28,410 bases of DNA from a virus (taxonomy: Duplodnaviria > Caudoviricetes). The notes beneath the pieces are model-generated. The model did no database searches. It was not told the DNA's origin and worked only from the letters and a program-made list of their open reading frames with translations. Shown piece after piece: positions 25,934 through 28,410 of the stretch. A program made the translations under genes and the position numbers. The DNA lies in IMG/VR virus record IMGVR_UViG_3300012940_000088, positions 1 through 28,410 of that record, one strand, 5' to 3'. Numbering within the stretch: the stretch's first letter is position 1; the number at the start of each line of letters is the position of its first letter.

Positions 25934-26678
25934 CGGGCGCACGGGAATCGTCGAGGCCCAGCCTCCGAAAACCGAAACCGACCCTGAATCAGCATCGTCG
26001 GAAACTACTCCGCTGGCAGATGGAACACCAAGCCCGGCTGAATCAAAGCCTGTGGGCGTTCGTCCTGTCGCAGGATTGAGATTAAACAGTTTGCGGTTGG
26101 GGGGTGTTGCTTCCCCCGTTCGCTCCCCAACCGCATCGCCCATGCCCGCCGCGAAGGAGTCTGAATCACAGGCCCCTACGCAGAAAGCCGAGGTTGAATC
26201 CTCGCTGGCAAAGACCCCGGCTGGTCCAGTCTCGCTGGTGGACCTTGCGGGCATGGGCGAATCATTGAACGAAATCGATCCGGAGGAAGAAGATTCCATC
26301 CCGCTCGATCATGTTCCTGTCACGGCGCCCGATCGGCAATTGCCCCCGGAGTTGACGAAGCAACAGGAACAGTTTGTTAAATCGCTGGATTCGATTTATT
26401 CCCTGCACAATGACCCGGACATGTTTGTGGACATGGTTCGGAAGATCATGTCAGAGATGCAATCGAATCCTGACTTGGTTGAATTACTGGCGGATGAGGA
26501 TTCGCAGGCGATGATCTCCGGGCTGAGGCAGCAAGCCGGTATGGCCCAAGTCAAGAAACAGGAATCAAAGAAAAAGAGAGGAACAGGGAATGGGAAATCT
26601 TCATCTTCCAAGACTGCGTCTGCCATTGATTCCGTCGCAGCGTCGCTCGCAGCCTTCTCAGGACTCAGCCTCGATTAA
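25860..26678 (+). CDS. Hypothetical protein with disordered P/S/E-rich N-half and helical C-domain
   Basis: 272-aa ORF; SD AAGGA; overlaps the previous gene by 74 bp. Confidence 0.75.
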   Translation: MPTLAEMMAVKLQGKTMNQSDQRGDGRTGIVEAQPPKTETDPESASSETTPLADGTPSPAESKPVGVRPVAGLRLNSLRLGGVASPVRSPTASPMPAAKESESQAPTQKAEVESSLAKTPAGPVSLVDLAGMGESLNEIDPEEEDSIPLDHVPVTAPDRQLPPELTKQQEQFVKSLDSIYSLHNDPDMFVDMVRKIMSEMQSNPDLVELLADEDSQAMISGLRQQAGMAQVKKQESKKKRGTGNGKSSSSKTASAIDSVAASLAAFSGLSLD

Positions 26679-26853
26679 AGTCGAGTATCGCGGGTTCTAT
26701 CATGGGCGGCCGTTGAACTGGTCGTTCTGCTCCGATCCTGCCGAATGCTGGCGGAAGATTCGCAAGGCTTACGGCATCGATCCCAAGATCAAGACTGAGA
26801 TTCTCCGGGAAATCGGATACTCGGTCAAGCGGGTGATTCAAAACAATGGCTGA
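26590..26853 (+). CDS. Small hypothetical protein (start uncertain)
   Basis: IKVEYRGFYHGRPLNWSFC... fills the gap and overlaps the next start. Confidence 0.4.
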   Translation: MGNLHLPRLRLPLIPSQRRSQPSQDSASIKVEYRGFYHGRPLNWSFCSDPAECWRKIRKAYGIDPKIKTEILREIGYSVKRVIQNNG

Positions 26854-27799
26854 ACTCTCCCCTTCGGACTATCTGCGCGTCAGTTATTCGTCGCTTAATC
26901 TTCTTGATTCATGCGCGCGTAAGTTCGAGTTTAATAAACTATTCCCGCGTCGAGCGAGGGACTATGATACGTTCGCGGCTGACGTGGGAACGGCTTTGCA
27001 TCGCGGGTATCAGACATGGCTGATGACTCACGACGCGGACAAGGCGATCTGGGCCATGATGGAAGTGTATCCATACGAGGCCGAGTGGAATCAGGAGAAG
27101 GATGATCGGTCATTGCAGGCGGCCGTTGTGACGCTTGAAGAAATGATTGAATCAGAACCCATGAAAGAGTGGACGGTCGCGGAAATCAAACGTCCGGATG
27201 GACAAATCGTCCCGGCGATTGAAGTCCCGTTCGAGTTGCGCCTCAAGGGGATCACCCTGCCAGACGGCCGAGGCATTGCATTCACGGGATTCGTCGACGC
27301 TTTCCTGAGAAATCTGATGATGGAGTCGTTGTATCGAACGCTCGATATCAAGACGCATCGGAATTATCTCAAAGACCTGACGGCGAAGTTTAAGTATGAC
27401 ACGCAACAGACTCCGTATGGGATTGTTCTGGAGCATATTCAGAATCGTCCTGTGACGGAATTTGAAGTGATGTATCTGTCCTGCTTCGTGGACTTGGCAG
27501 AGCCTCGGGTCGAACCATATACATACGAACGCTCGGAGTCGGACATTCAAGAATGGCTGTTGAATACGGTCTTGAAGTGTCAACGAATCCAGCGCTTCGC
27601 AGAAATGGATTACTTCCCGCGCACGGATGGCGGGTGTGTTACATTCAACAAGCCGTGCTTTTTCCTGGATATCTGTGAATCACGAGACAAGAATGTCATC
27701 GAGAAGTGGTTGCTTGAGGGTGAAGCCCCGGAACACCGAATCGATGATGAGCCGTGGATCGTCGCGGATATTGATGTTTATGGGGGAGTTGAATCATGA
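26846..27799 (+). CDS. PD-(D/E)XK exonuclease, Cas4/AddB-like with probable Fe-S cluster
   Basis: SYSSL...CARKF; GTALH; EVPF; GFVD...DIKT; Q..Y; C-terminal C.....PC....IC completing four cysteines. Confidence 0.85.
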   Translation: MAELSPSDYLRVSYSSLNLLDSCARKFEFNKLFPRRARDYDTFAADVGTALHRGYQTWLMTHDADKAIWAMMEVYPYEAEWNQEKDDRSLQAAVVTLEEMIESEPMKEWTVAEIKRPDGQIVPAIEVPFELRLKGITLPDGRGIAFTGFVDAFLRNLMMESLYRTLDIKTHRNYLKDLTAKFKYDTQQTPYGIVLEHIQNRPVTEFEVMYLSCFVDLAEPRVEPYTYERSESDIQEWLLNTVLKCQRIQRFAEMDYFPRTDGGCVTFNKPCFFLDICESRDKNVIEKWLLEGEAPEHRIDDEPWIVADIDVYGGVES

Positions 27800-27931
27800 G
27801 GAAGTTGCTCTGCCGTCACCGCTGGTGTCTTGTCAGTCGGGAAGTAACTCGCCCGTCAATGACCGGTGGTGAGCCAGTGATTCGCGACGGGATGGTGTGC
27901 GGCCGGTGCGGGAAGCGAAAGGAAATCCGCC

Positions 27932-28156
27932 GTGGCCGTTGATCTGACCGCTCCGTTGAATCGGAAGCAATGGGATCGTGCGATTCTGATCGCCGCCAAG
28001 GCCCGCCAAAAGGGCTGGCTTACGGAGTGGGAATCAAACTTCGTCAAAGACATGGTCGAGGAATACCAGATGAACGGCTCGATGATGGAACCGACGAGGA
28101 AACAATTCGAGGCGTTGAAGGAAATCGCTCGGACATATGAAGGATCGTTGGGATGA
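27932..28156 (+). CDS. Small hypothetical protein
   Basis: 74 aa; LTEWESNFVKDM...T.KQ...L.EI pattern seen in small phage proteins. Confidence 0.6.
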   Translation: MAVDLTAPLNRKQWDRAILIAAKARQKGWLTEWESNFVKDMVEEYQMNGSMMEPTRKQFEALKEIARTYEGSLG

Positions 28157-28260
28157 ATCAGCAAGATCAAGACGATGATCCATGGTGGATTCATGTGATC
28201 GGCGAACTCTCATGGCCGATCCCGTTTTTGATTGGCCTCTGGATAATGACGAGTCATTGA
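28153..28260 (+). CDS. 35-aa hydrophobic peptide
   Basis: ATGA overlap with the upstream stop; MNQQDQDDDPWWIHVIGELSWPIPFLIGLWIMTSH. Confidence 0.4.
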   Translation: MNQQDQDDDPWWIHVIGELSWPIPFLIGLWIMTSH

Positions 28261-28261
28261 T

Positions 28262-28410
28262 ATGGCGCTTCCAATTCCCCATCCGCAAGCCAATATGCGA
28301 TTCGTTGCCGGCCAAGGTGACGAGGATCGCGTTGGCTCGATCGACTGCCTCGTGAAATTCTATCCGGGGAGTGAACGCGTGGCGTCGGTCACGTCGGCTT
28401 GGCGATTCAC
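28262..28410 (+). CDS. Hypothetical protein, truncated by the window edge
   Basis: MALPIPHPQANMRFVAG... stays open to the end of the window. Confidence 0.45.
   Translation, partial: MALPIPHPQANMRFVAGQGDEDRVGSIDCLVKFYPGSERVASVTSAWRF

Noticed and set aside
26846-27799. CRISPR-Cas locus
   Set aside because: No array or other cas genes; the Cas4-like fold is common in phage exonucleases
1-28410. Prophage or temperate lifestyle, tRNA genes, alternative genetic code
   Set aside because: No integrase, repressor, host genes or tRNA-like cloverleaf were recognised, and genes read intact in the standard code. The rest of the genome is not visible.

Overview
A 28.4-kb piece of a tailed dsDNA phage genome, most likely a short-tailed (podovirus-type) phage. 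The left arm (1-17457, minus strand) carries the morphogenesis genes: small and large terminase, portal, scaffold, major capsid (SU10/DUF5309-like), adaptor, several tail and fibre proteins, a holin-like protein, a lipoprotein, a tail-hub protein and an Mtd_N-type fibre cut by the window edge. The right arm (18325-end, plus strand) carries small early ORFs, a RecD-like SF1 helicase, a MazG-like pyrophosphatase, an SLT lytic transglycosylase and a Cas4/AddB-like PD-(D/E)XK nuclease. The most unusual signal is a roughly 5-fold excess of GANTC, the alphaproteobacterial CcrM methylation site, in every block I hand-counted. GANTC sites also sit directly after the -10 boxes of two mirror-image promoters and next to many ribosome-binding sites. 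The arms diverge from a ~430-bp degenerate palindrome with 35-bp inverted arms. Other items of note are an anti-SD pseudoknot candidate after the capsid gene, a small membrane gene nested in the helicase, and several short repeat arrays. All product calls come from motif recognition and gene order, not from database searches.
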